Shown piece by piece: positions 9,293 through 18,573 of a stretch of DNA of 64,000 nucleotides. A program made the position numbers and the translations under genes. Each line of letters starts with the position of its first letter. The first letter of the stretch is position 1. Source of the DNA: Ekhidna sp. (lineage in GTDB: Bacteria > Bacteroidota > Bacteroidia > Cytophagales > Cyclobacteriaceae); contig OZ253940.1 in NCBI GenBank assembly GCA_965267215.1, forward strand, positions 2,478,097-2,542,096, read 5' to 3'. A model generated the notes under the pieces. That model saw only the letters and a list, made by a program, of their open reading frames with translations, had not been told where the DNA came from and did not search any database.

Positions 9293-9344
9293 TATGTAGT
9301 TGTCTACATATTTTATCTATATTTATGTAGTCAACTACATAAAT
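9293..9344. promoter_or_regulatory. Two palindromic operators, likely bound by the MarR protein
   Basis: TATGTAG-TTGT-CTACATA (9293-9310) and ATTTATGTAGT-CA-ACTACATAAAT (9321-9344, perfect 11-bp arms) abutting the MarR ATG. Confidence 0.8.
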
Positions 9345-9842
9345 ATGCAATACGATTTTGTCAATGAACTGGGGTATTTAGGTTTATCTGTACGCCTTAA
9401 GCGTTTAAGTGAGGCCATGGTCCATAGCGGAAGACAGATGTATAAGTCATTGGGACTCGATATAGAGCCCAATTGGTTTCTCATCTTCAAGCTCCTTAAG
9501 AAATATGATCAATTATCTGTCACCGAGATGGCAGCTAAGCTCCACTTCTCCCACCCTTCTGTCATCACGCTAGTTGGCAAAATGGAAAAGGCTAATTATC
9601 TGGATTCCTCAGTTGATCAGTCTGATTCTCGAAAAAAACATTTTCGCCTTTCCCAAAAGGCTCACGACCAACTTCCTCGGTTTGAAGAAATATGGGAAGC
9701 CGGAATCAAAGGAGTAAGTAACCTATTTTCGGAAGACAGCAACTTCATGGATCAACTGGAATTACTGGAGATCCAATACAGCCAAAAAGACTTTAAAGAA
9801 CGAACATTAAATGAACTAGTGCCTAATGGCACAAATATTTAA
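9345..9842 (+). CDS. MarR-family transcriptional regulator
   Basis: ATG 9345; wHTH LSVTEMAAKLHFSHPSV and wing DSRKKHFRLS. Confidence 0.88.
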   Translation: MQYDFVNELGYLGLSVRLKRLSEAMVHSGRQMYKSLGLDIEPNWFLIFKLLKKYDQLSVTEMAAKLHFSHPSVITLVGKMEKANYLDSSVDQSDSRKKHFRLSQKAHDQLPRFEEIWEAGIKGVSNLFSEDSNFMDQLELLEIQYSQKDFKERTLNELVPNGTNI

Positions 9843-9913
9843 TGTTAATAAGCATCTGATAGTCAGATATTAAATTCATTAGAAAGAATACCTCTGTAAA
9901 TCAAAATTAGAAT

Positions 9914-11353
9914 ATGAATAACTCACTAGATATAGCTTCAAGCGAATTCAAAAAATTACTTGAAAACACTACTGAACTTGTTTTACAACAGTTTGAGAAT
10001 CTTGAGGGTAAAAAAGCCTATCACTATCATTCACAAAAGGAAGTAGAAAGCTGGTTTGATGAAGACCTACCCGAGACCGGAATGGATTTAGATCTACTTC
10101 TCCAGGAAGTAAAAGTAAAGGTGATGGATACGGCCACTAATAACTTGGGGCCTTACATGTATGCTTACGTGATGGCGGGTGGTACCCAGGTTTCCATTAT
10201 TGCAGATCATTTAGCGTCAACTATCAATCAAAACGTAGGGAAATGGCACCTAGCTCCCGCTATCAATGAGATTGAACGACGAGTTATTCAATGGGGTGGG
10301 GAGATTACTGGATTTGATTCCAATGCGGCAGGAGTATTAGTAAGTGGAGGGTCAGCGGCAAATCTGGCAGGTCTGGAAGTAGGTCGAAACATATTCTTTG
10401 AGAGACATCAAATCAGGAAAAAAGGACTTTTTGGAATGAAGCCCTTCACGGTTTACGCTTCTTCGGAGGTTCATGGATGTGTTGATAAGAGTATTGAAGA
10501 GTTAGGGATTGGAACTGACCAACTTCGAAAAATTCGAGTGAATGATGATTTTACCATTGATCTTAATGCTTTAAATGCTCAAATCGAAAAAGATAAAGCT
10601 GATGGGTTCACACCATTCTGTATTGTAGGTAATGCGGGAACAGTAAACACTGGAGCAATTGATGATTTGGATGCTTTAGCTGATTTCGCTGAAAAACATG
10701 AAATGTGGTATCATATAGACGGGGCTTATGGCGGATTGGTTGGCTCTCTTGAATCTTTAAAAGAAAAATATAGAGGGGTAGAAAGAGCTGACTCCCTCGC
10801 AGTTGATTTTCACAAATGGTTATACCAAACATTTGAAGCCGGTTGCCTTTTGGTTAAAGATTGGGATAAACTGAAGCGATCCTATTTTAAGGTGGCGAGT
10901 TACCTGGATGCAAGCCTTGAAGAAAAAGGGAGAGTCAACTTTAACGAGCATTACTTTCAACTTTCCAGAAATGCAAAAGCCTTAAAGATATGGATGAGCA
11001 TAAAAGCCTATGGAATCACTGCCATTAAGGAGATGATTCAAAAAGACATTGATCTTGCTCAGTACCTGTCTGACACCATTGAATCCAGTGAAGACTTTGA
11101 GTTGGTTAGAAATTCAGATCTGGCTATTTCTTGTTTCCGATTTATTGGTAACTGTGAATCCGAAGAAGAAATAGAACAACTGAATCGAAAACTAATCCCA
11201 GCTTTAGAAAAAGACGGACGCGTATTTATTACCGGAACCACTCTGAACAGCAAGTTTGTCATCCGAGCTTGCTTGATTAACCATCGCATGCATAAAGGAA
11301 CCGTTGATTATTTAGTGAATGTAATAAGAGAGGTAGGAAACAGTCTTGCTTGA
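9914..11353 (+). CDS. Group II PLP-dependent decarboxylase (aromatic-amino-acid/DABA decarboxylase family)
   Basis: GTVNTGAIDDL, WYHIDGAYGG, ADSLAVDFHKW (PLP lysine). Confidence 0.9.
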   Translation: MNNSLDIASSEFKKLLENTTELVLQQFENLEGKKAYHYHSQKEVESWFDEDLPETGMDLDLLLQEVKVKVMDTATNNLGPYMYAYVMAGGTQVSIIADHLASTINQNVGKWHLAPAINEIERRVIQWGGEITGFDSNAAGVLVSGGSAANLAGLEVGRNIFFERHQIRKKGLFGMKPFTVYASSEVHGCVDKSIEELGIGTDQLRKIRVNDDFTIDLNALNAQIEKDKADGFTPFCIVGNAGTVNTGAIDDLDALADFAEKHEMWYHIDGAYGGLVGSLESLKEKYRGVERADSLAVDFHKWLYQTFEAGCLLVKDWDKLKRSYFKVASYLDASLEEKGRVNFNEHYFQLSRNAKALKIWMSIKAYGITAIKEMIQKDIDLAQYLSDTIESSEDFELVRNSDLAISCFRFIGNCESEEEIEQLNRKLIPALEKDGRVFITGTTLNSKFVIRACLINHRMHKGTVDYLVNVIREVGNSLA

Positions 11354-11405
11354 ATGAGTTAAGCAAATTTGATTCCTTGTCAGTTTGAACTGATCTTTAC
11401 CAAGT

Positions 11406-12512
11406 ATGATTGATACATCACTTGATTCATTCAATTTTTACTTTTTCTTAGCAGTAATCCAGGGGTTCATTCTTTCTGGAATTATTCTGTTGAAGAAACC
11501 GATACGAAAGCCCAACGTTTTTCTTGGGCTTTTGATATTCTTCTTCTCTCTCACCTTGCTGCATCTTATTTTAGAATCTTCCATTAGCGGGTTCAATGCC
11601 AAATTTCCGATCCCAATGGACTTTAGCTTCGCCTACGGACCGTTGGCTTATCTTCATGTGTTATCATTAAAAAAACCAAAATCACCCACTACATATAAAA
11701 CGTATCTTCATTTTCTTCCAAGTGTGGTATTAGACGGTATTCTATTCACATCGATCTTTCTTTTTATTCGATCAAATCAAGATTGGGCATACACTAATCT
11801 CATATTTATTCAGACACTTGCTCTTGGAATTATTTCTTTAGGACTGGTTCAACTTGGGATCTACACATACCTCATTCATAAAGAGTCAAGATCTATTCAG
11901 GTAGTTCCTAAAGAATTTCCAGCTATTCGCAAATGGTTTAAAACCATCTCTGTGACATGGGTTACTATGATCGGCTTTCTAGCTATAGCAGTTCCAATTG
12001 CCCTTGTAAATATTGAAATTTTAGACGATAATTCTTACTTACTTTATAGGCCTCTGGGAGTAATCATTGGGCTTTGCATTTATGGATTGGGGTATTTATA
12101 TCTGATCAAATTCGTTAACTCGATTGATAGTTATATAAATCGTACATCCAATATCAAGTTTTCAGATGTTGAAATGGAAAGCAGGAAAACTTCTTTGATT
12201 TCCAGTATTGCAGAAAACGAATGGTATCGTGATCAGAAGCTAAGTGTGGGCAAACTCGCGGAGCACCTGCAATGGCCCATCAATGATGTATCTACAATTA
12301 TCAACGAAGGGATGACAACCAATTTTAACGACCTAATCAACGATTTCAGAATAAAAGCTTTTAAGGATTTAGCTAACAAACCAGAGGTAAAAAATTACTC
12401 CATTTTAGGAATTGCCCAAGAAGTAGGCTTTGGATCAAAAGCTTCTTTTTATCGTGCTTTTAAGAAAGAAACAGGGATTACCCCTAGTGAATACCTCAAA
12501 TTAGAGACTTAA
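11406..12512 (+). CDS. Membrane-anchored AraC-family regulator
   Basis: Several N-terminal TM helices; C-terminal AQEVGFGSKASFYRAFKKETGITPSEY. Confidence 0.88.
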   Translation: MIDTSLDSFNFYFFLAVIQGFILSGIILLKKPIRKPNVFLGLLIFFFSLTLLHLILESSISGFNAKFPIPMDFSFAYGPLAYLHVLSLKKPKSPTTYKTYLHFLPSVVLDGILFTSIFLFIRSNQDWAYTNLIFIQTLALGIISLGLVQLGIYTYLIHKESRSIQVVPKEFPAIRKWFKTISVTWVTMIGFLAIAVPIALVNIEILDDNSYLLYRPLGVIIGLCIYGLGYLYLIKFVNSIDSYINRTSNIKFSDVEMESRKTSLISSIAENEWYRDQKLSVGKLAEHLQWPINDVSTIINEGMTTNFNDLINDFRIKAFKDLANKPEVKNYSILGIAQEVGFGSKASFYRAFKKETGITPSEYLKLET

Positions 12513-12514
12513 AG

Positions 12515-12536
12515 GTTTCAAATGCCCATCTGAGAC
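12515..12536. promoter_or_regulatory. Imperfect palindrome GTTTCA-N10-TGAGAC, candidate site for the adjacent AraC protein
   Basis: Lies between the AraC stop and the hydrolase start; one mismatch from GTCTCA/TGAGAC. Confidence 0.45.
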
Positions 12537-12591
12537 TCCTTCAATTTTCATGATTATTCTACCCTAACCAGCTTTGGTCAAAAAAATAATC

Positions 12592-14064
12592 ATGACTAAA
12601 AAAATACTATTCTTTGGTGTACTCATCTTGAGCATGACTCATGCAATCGCGCAAAATGGAAATCTCAGTTTAAAGGAGAAGAAATATAAAACGCTTGACA
12701 AATCGATCATCCGAGGCGAGGAAGGATATATCACCCTACCAGAGAATCGATCAAATCCTGAATCCAGAGACATCAAGATTAAATTCATCAGACTAAAAAG
12801 CTTATCAGAAAACCCAAAGGAACCCATCATCTATCTTGAGGGAGGCGGGAGCGCCTCGACCTGGCAGGCTGAAAGTCCCAAAGATCTATCGGATTGGCTG
12901 CCTATCCTGAAAGTCTCTGATTTGATTTTTATTGATCGAAGAGGCACAAATGATCGGAAACTTATGCACATTAACAAGGATGATTTCCCTGAAGACTTTT
13001 TTGTTTCTGAAAAGGCCGCTAGTGATTATTACCAACAGTTTGCTTTGGAGGCTTTGGATGTTTTCAAAGAAAAGGGAGTCGATATTTTCGGATACAATAT
13101 TGAAGAGCATGCAAAAGATGTAAATGAAATTGCTGAAGCATTGGAAATAGATTCTTATTCCATTTTTGGGTTCAGTTTTGGGACGAGCATTGGGATGACG
13201 ATCATGGAACTCTACAAAGAAAAGTTAGTCAATGCTGTTTTAGTTAGTGCTGATGGCCCAGGGCAATCATTCAACTACCCCTCCTATCTCGATCAACATT
13301 TCAGGAAAATAGCTGAAATGGCTAGTCAAGATGAGGTAATTAATAAGGATATACCTGATCTAAATGAACTTCTCAATCATGTCATGAGCAAAATAGAACA
13401 AGAACCAGTATTGGTTTCTGTCAAGCATCCTTTAACTAAAAAATCCATGGATGTTGCGGTAGGTCCGTTTGGACTTGGATTAATTCTACGATTAGATATC
13501 GATGACTATTATGACATACCCGTCATACCAAGGCTTTTATATAGCATCGATCAAGGAGACTACTCAATTCTTCAATGGTTTGTACAAAAACGAGTAGTTC
13601 TTGCCCTAGGATTCCCAGGAAATGGCATCAACCAGGGAATAGCCTCTGGAATATCTCCGGATCGTCTGAAGCGCATTCGAGAAGAAGCAAACGCCAGCAT
13701 TTTTGGTAACGCTGTAAACTTTCCTTTCAGTGCTGCATTGGATGTATGGCCTGATACAAGCCTTTCATTCGATACATCAAAGCCAATTACTTCAGATATA
13801 CGAACGCTATTTGTTACCGGCAACCTGGACTGTAGAACTCCTGTTGAGCAGATCAATAAGATTCAAGAAGGATTTAGCAATGCTACTCATGTAGTGGTGA
13901 AAAATGCCGGACACGAGAAAGCTTTGTGGAATGTGGCAGTGTTCGACGAAATTATTCCTCAATTTTTGAGAGGTGAGGAAATATTGGAAACAGAAAAATC
14001 AATAAAAAGAAAAGGCTTCATTCCTGTGACGGGAGACTCAGACAAACATCCATCACTAAAGTGA
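12592..14064 (+). CDS. Secreted alpha/beta hydrolase (peptidase S33/TAP-like)
   Basis: Signal peptide from ATG 12592; LEGGGS oxyanion region, nucleophile GFSFG, GNLDCRTP (Asp), NAGHE (His). Confidence 0.85.
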   Translation: MTKKILFFGVLILSMTHAIAQNGNLSLKEKKYKTLDKSIIRGEEGYITLPENRSNPESRDIKIKFIRLKSLSENPKEPIIYLEGGGSASTWQAESPKDLSDWLPILKVSDLIFIDRRGTNDRKLMHINKDDFPEDFFVSEKAASDYYQQFALEALDVFKEKGVDIFGYNIEEHAKDVNEIAEALEIDSYSIFGFSFGTSIGMTIMELYKEKLVNAVLVSADGPGQSFNYPSYLDQHFRKIAEMASQDEVINKDIPDLNELLNHVMSKIEQEPVLVSVKHPLTKKSMDVAVGPFGLGLILRLDIDDYYDIPVIPRLLYSIDQGDYSILQWFVQKRVVLALGFPGNGINQGIASGISPDRLKRIREEANASIFGNAVNFPFSAALDVWPDTSLSFDTSKPITSDIRTLFVTGNLDCRTPVEQINKIQEGFSNATHVVVKNAGHEKALWNVAVFDEIIPQFLRGEEILETEKSIKRKGFIPVTGDSDKHPSLK

Positions 14065-14073
14065 TAAAATAAG

Positions 14074-14220
14074 AGATGTCTCAAAAGGCGCTATTTAGTT
14101 TGTCATTCTGAGGCACGAAGAATCTCAACCTTACAATAATTAGAGAATAATATTTTAAGAGATTCTTCACTTTGCCTGCCTGCCGCAGGCAAGTTCAGAA
14201 TGACACTTTTTGAGACATCT
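14074..14220. repeat. Nested palindromic REP/MITE-like element
   Basis: Inverted repeats 14074-14086/14208-14220 (13 bp), 14101-14111/14195-14205 (TGTCATTCTGA) and 14117-14126/14159-14168; extra hairpin TTGCCTGC-N5-GCAGGCAA at 14172-14192. Confidence 0.8.
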
Positions 14221-14229
14221 TGGCAGTCT

Positions 14230-14805
14230 TCAATTTCTTCGTTCGTTCAATTGATTCACAGCCGTCTGCAATTCTCGTTTCAGCTTTACTTGTTTTTCTC
14301 TTGCTTTGGTTTTATGCTCCTCAAATTCTCGCTCAAGTTTGTCATGTTCCTTCTTCACCCTTATAGTCACTTTGTTACTTCTCAAAAACATCAAATAAGC
14401 AATTACACCAAGTGTAGCAAGTGCTGCAATAATCAACCATACCATCAGGTGATAGCCAAGCTTAGAAAAAGGTATCCCAAGAAAATGAATCGTATTATTT
14501 AATTCCAAACTCCCATCTAATTTAGCCTGAACTTCAGCCAATTGACTTTTCAGCGTATTAATCTCATTTTGTTGTGTTGCGACCTGAGATCTTAGATCAC
14601 TTATAGTTGCTGATTGTGTGTTTAATGAATCTACTGTTTCGGACCAAAAAGCATTCAATCTGGCTCGAGGAATCACTTTGTATTGCTCATAGGTTTCTGT
14701 CTTCTCCAACATCTCATCATATTTTTCCTGAAGTGTTTGTGCTTGAGAGTCGATTGAAAGAAGGAATACAAAAACTGTAAGTGCGGTGAGTTTTAAATAC
14801 TTCAT
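14230..14805 (-). CDS. Conserved Bacteroidota exported coiled-coil protein with one C-terminal TM helix
   Basis: Signal peptide from ATG 14805; heptad-rich middle; TM then EAREKQVKLKRELQ-like tail. Confidence 0.7.
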   Translation of the reverse strand: MKYLKLTALTVFVFLLSIDSQAQTLQEKYDEMLEKTETYEQYKVIPRARLNAFWSETVDSLNTQSATISDLRSQVATQQNEINTLKSQLAEVQAKLDGSLELNNTIHFLGIPFSKLGYHLMVWLIIAALATLGVIAYLMFLRSNKVTIRVKKEHDKLEREFEEHKTKAREKQVKLKRELQTAVNQLNERRN

Positions 14806-14969
14806 GTTAGGTTTTAGCTGATTAATTAATACACGTGTAAACAGACACGCGAAATAAAATCTTTTAGTAAAAAACGGCAATGATAAGCGCGAATAAAAAT
14901 ATAATTATTCTCCTATTAATTATCACTTAAATAGTAACGAAGATGAGAGTAAGAAATTATAATACGTGA

Positions 14970-15470
14970 TTACTGAACTTCTTCCTCATATTGGCTTGAA
15001 ACAATGGTTCTAGGGAATTCATAGCCCTTCCCACCATAACATAAGTGCGAACACCCGATCATAAGTGTATCTCCAGCACCAATTACGTATTTTCGAGGAA
15101 TATAGCCCACATCTCCTTCAATATCATAATCTCCACGAATGATCGTAGTAATCGTTTGGTTCGAAGTGTTTATAAGAAAAGTACGTTCGCCACAGTCATT
15201 TTCACCGCATGGTTGTCCATCGTTGGCAATAACCAAAAATGCTGTGAGGTCATTAGGCATTTCTTCTCCATGCCACTCAATCCGTTCTCCTTCATCATCA
15301 AACACCATAGCTACTACATCTTGCCATGTAAGTTGATCTACACTTTTTGCGGCAGTAGATTTTGATTCTGAACTGGATTCTTCAGTGTCACTATTTTTTT
15401 GAGACTGACCACAAGAAACGAGTATTATTCCGATAAGAAGTGCAAATAAAAATTGGATAGACTTTTTCAT
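14970..15470 (-). CDS. Hypothetical lipoprotein with two close Cys pairs
   Basis: Lipobox LVSC, Ser/Glu-rich linker, CGENDC and CSHLC. Confidence 0.7.
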   Translation of the reverse strand: MKKSIQFLFALLIGIILVSCGQSQKNSDTEESSSESKSTAAKSVDQLTWQDVVAMVFDDEGERIEWHGEEMPNDLTAFLVIANDGQPCGENDCGERTFLINTSNQTITTIIRGDYDIEGDVGYIPRKYVIGAGDTLMIGCSHLCYGGKGYEFPRTIVSSQYEEEVQ

Positions 15471-15597
15471 TTAGTAATTGTAGGTTGATTGAACAGTCAA
15501 GATTTTGCCATCACTAATTTATCCATTGATCACATAATGATCGCTCTAAAAACTCAAACACGTAATTTTAGTCTAGATAAACTCGTATTAGTATCTA

Positions 15598-16659
15598 ATG
15601 AATATTGGTAGACTTAAGACAAAACACACGTTTTTGTCAGCTTTTTTGGTAAGCTGTCTGCTCATTCTACGCCAATACATCGATTACATCATCAATGATT
15701 ACGGATATGACTTCAGCTGGTTTGCAGTTGCCGCTCGAATCAGCATCAACTACTTTCTATGGGCTATTTTAATCAAACTCTTAATCAAGGTAGCCACTCA
15801 CTTTCAACACCTTAGAAACTCCCTTAGAACTACAGTCTCTCATTTGGGAGCAAGCTTGATAATCGCAGCTGTCCACCGGCTCCTAACTGTACGGCTATAC
15901 GATCTTGCCTATTATGCTTATTCAGGATTTTTGCGAGGCTTTTTTACTCCTGGAAATAAGGTGGCTCTAGGTGCAGGATTTCTTTCCAGCTTCCTTGAAT
16001 ACTGGATCATCATGGCTCTGATCATCGGCATTTCCTACTACATACGTTACGTTAATCAACAGAAAGAACTGAATGCAGCGAAGCTGAATGCATTGCAAAT
16101 GCAATTGCACCCTCATTTTCTCTTCAATACACTTAACTCTATTACCTCACTCATTGACATTGATCCAAAAAAGGCACAGAAGATGCTAACCCAGCTAGGC
16201 TTTCTCATGCGAGAAATCCTGGAACAGGATAAAAAGCATCTTATTCCACTAAAAAGTGAAATGGAATACGTAAAAGCCTATTTAGAAATTGAGCATACTC
16301 GATTTCAGGATCGACTCATGTTGGATTTTAACATTGATAAAGGAGTCTCAAATGTTCAGGTTCCGGCCTTACTTCTACAGCCGATCATTGAAAATGCAAT
16401 TAAGCATGGTATCGCTAAACGCCCCGATGGAGGTCAAATTTCCATAAACGCTATACGCACCAATAGTTCTGAAGTAAATATCCAGATCAGCAACGATTTT
16501 CATCAAAATGGAAATCAAAAGACGGTTGGGTATGGTATAGGTACTTCTAATGTATCCAAAAGATTACAACAAGTGTATGGAGAAAATCACTCCTTTAAGC
16601 AACATCAGGAAGGCGATAAATACATAACCGAAATTACTTTTCCATTCAATGAATTATGA
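15598..16659 (+). CDS. LytS/YehU-type membrane sensor histidine kinase
   Basis: TM N-terminus; QLHPHFLFNTLNSI H-box; LQPIIENAIKHG; GYGIGTSNV. Confidence 0.92.
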   Translation: MNIGRLKTKHTFLSAFLVSCLLILRQYIDYIINDYGYDFSWFAVAARISINYFLWAILIKLLIKVATHFQHLRNSLRTTVSHLGASLIIAAVHRLLTVRLYDLAYYAYSGFLRGFFTPGNKVALGAGFLSSFLEYWIIMALIIGISYYIRYVNQQKELNAAKLNALQMQLHPHFLFNTLNSITSLIDIDPKKAQKMLTQLGFLMREILEQDKKHLIPLKSEMEYVKAYLEIEHTRFQDRLMLDFNIDKGVSNVQVPALLLQPIIENAIKHGIAKRPDGGQISINAIRTNSSEVNIQISNDFHQNGNQKTVGYGIGTSNVSKRLQQVYGENHSFKQHQEGDKYITEITFPFNEL

Positions 16660-17420
16660 TCAGAGCAGTAATAGTCGACGATGAATACCTGGCACGCGAA
16701 CGTGTAAAAAAACTGCTGGAGGTACATTCAGAAATCAAGGTGGTTGCTGAAGCAAAAAATGGGACATCCGCTGTAGAAACTATTGATCTCAAAGAACCTG
16801 ATCTGGTTTTTTTGGATGTTCAGATGCCGGATTTTGATGGTTTTGAGGTAGTTAAGCGGATGAACCCTAAGCACCTCCCATACATTGTCTTTACCACAGC
16901 ATACGACAGCTATGCCATTCAGGCATTCGATATTCACGCTTTGGACTACCTGCTCAAGCCTATAGATGAAGATCGGTTCAATGAGTCGATGAAGAAAGTT
17001 TTAACCCATTTTGAAGTAGAAAAGACCTCTGCATTTAATAAGAAGCTAATGAAAATGGTAAAGGAATTTGAGCAGTCAACAAATCAATTTCTGAATAAAT
17101 TAATCATAGCCGAGCGTGGTTGGGAACATGAAGTGGATCTTGATGAAGTGATGTACATAGAGGCAAACGGCAATTACGTGAACCTTCAAACCTCAGGCAA
17201 AGCACACCTTTATCGCTCTACTATGAACACACTTTCAAAACAACTAAACCCAGAGGACTTCCTTCGCATTCATAGATCAACTATCGTGCAAAGGAGATAC
17301 ATCAAGAAGTGCATTTACATCAGCAACTATGAGTATGAATTTGTAATGAAGGATGGGAAAATTTTGCAATCAGGTCGCTCCTACAGGAAGGAAATCATGC
17401 ACTACCTAAGCAAATTTTAA
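16656..17420 (+). CDS. LytTR-family response regulator
   Basis: REC domain (VDDE, FLDVQMP, YLLKP) plus LytTR domain (FLRIHRSTIV); ATGA overlap with the kinase. Confidence 0.93.
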   Translation: MIRAVIVDDEYLARERVKKLLEVHSEIKVVAEAKNGTSAVETIDLKEPDLVFLDVQMPDFDGFEVVKRMNPKHLPYIVFTTAYDSYAIQAFDIHALDYLLKPIDEDRFNESMKKVLTHFEVEKTSAFNKKLMKMVKEFEQSTNQFLNKLIIAERGWEHEVDLDEVMYIEANGNYVNLQTSGKAHLYRSTMNTLSKQLNPEDFLRIHRSTIVQRRYIKKCIYISNYEYEFVMKDGKILQSGRSYRKEIMHYLSKF

Positions 17421-17507
17421 CTGTTCATCACATCATTCACTTTTGATCATAAAGATTCATTGTTCGAATGCGCCCCGACGTAATCTTATTCATCAAAGAT
17501 CAAAACA

Positions 17508-18572
17508 ATGAAAATCATGAACTACAACTCAAAAAAAATGATATGCATGCTGACATTAATGCTAATGTCCACATTCCTATTAGCACAAAACCTTACCTTA
17601 CCCAGAGCTAGCCAATATGCCGAGGTGACTCAGCGTGTTGGAATTTCAGATGTAACAATCATCTACCACAGTCCGGGAACTAATGGACGTCAAATCTGGG
17701 GTGGTTTGGTTCCCTACGGCGCTATGTGGCGCGCTGGTGCCAACGAAAACACAACTATCACTTTTTCCCATGATGCAGAACTGGAAGGCCAAACAATCGA
17801 AGCAGGAACATACGGGCTTTTTATGTTCGTGAAAGACAAGGAGAATGTCAGAATCATCCTTTCCAAATATTCACAGTCATGGGGTACCGTATATCCTACA
17901 GAGCAAGAAGGTGTTTTAATTGCAGATGTCAAAACCAACGAAGCTGTTACTCAAGATTGGCTAAGCTATGGTTTTAAAGATCGATCAGGAGATGATGTAA
18001 CAGCTTTCCTTCGTTGGGCAGATCTGGAGATCCCATTTCAAATCTCATTTAATGTAGATGCAATAGTCATCGAAAATGCACGAGCTGAACTTAAAGGGCC
18101 CGCAGGTTTTTCCTGGAGAGGCTACATGCAGGCAGCCAACTATTGCTTACAAAATGATACTAATCTGGAAGAGGCTATGACATGGATTGATCAATCTATT
18201 TCCATGAGCAGTGGATTCTCCAACCTTCAAGTGAAAGCCGGCCTGTTGGCTAAGCAAGGAAATACTGAAGAAGCTGAAAAGATTATGGATCAGGCCCTTC
18301 CCACGGCCAATGCTTTCCAGCTTAATCAGTATGGATACCAAGTACTGAACAGTGGAGATACAAAAAAGGCAATCGAGATATTCTCCATGAACATTAAGAA
18401 AAATCCCAATCACCAGTTTATATGGGGATTTACTGATAGTCTTGGAGAAGCATATCTCAAAGACGGAAACAAGAAACTAGCTCTGAAATATTATAAAGAA
18501 GCACGAAAGCTAGCTCCCGAGAATCAGTATGCATATCTGGATGGGGTAATTGAAGGAATTGAAGGAAAGTAA
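17508..18572 (+). CDS. DUF2911 protein with C-terminal TPRs
   Basis: PRASQ...YHSPG...IWGGLVPYG..WRAGANENT; TPR-like C-terminus. Confidence 0.85.
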   Translation: MKIMNYNSKKMICMLTLMLMSTFLLAQNLTLPRASQYAEVTQRVGISDVTIIYHSPGTNGRQIWGGLVPYGAMWRAGANENTTITFSHDAELEGQTIEAGTYGLFMFVKDKENVRIILSKYSQSWGTVYPTEQEGVLIADVKTNEAVTQDWLSYGFKDRSGDDVTAFLRWADLEIPFQISFNVDAIVIENARAELKGPAGFSWRGYMQAANYCLQNDTNLEEAMTWIDQSISMSSGFSNLQVKAGLLAKQGNTEEAEKIMDQALPTANAFQLNQYGYQVLNSGDTKKAIEIFSMNIKKNPNHQFIWGFTDSLGEAYLKDGNKKLALKYYKEARKLAPENQYAYLDGVIEGIEGK

Positions 18573-18573
18573 C

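Noticed and set aside
9854-9868. Small hairpin ATCTGA-TAG-TCAGAT between marR and the decarboxylase
   Set aside because: Weak 6-bp stem with no U tract; not enough for a terminator or operator call.
14200-14502. Opposite-strand and alternate-frame ORFs in the track (for example 14200-14502, 15045-15365, 43105-43518, 43567-43914, 50938-51237, 54988-55311)
   Set aside because: They are shadows of well-supported genes and have no recognisable motifs.
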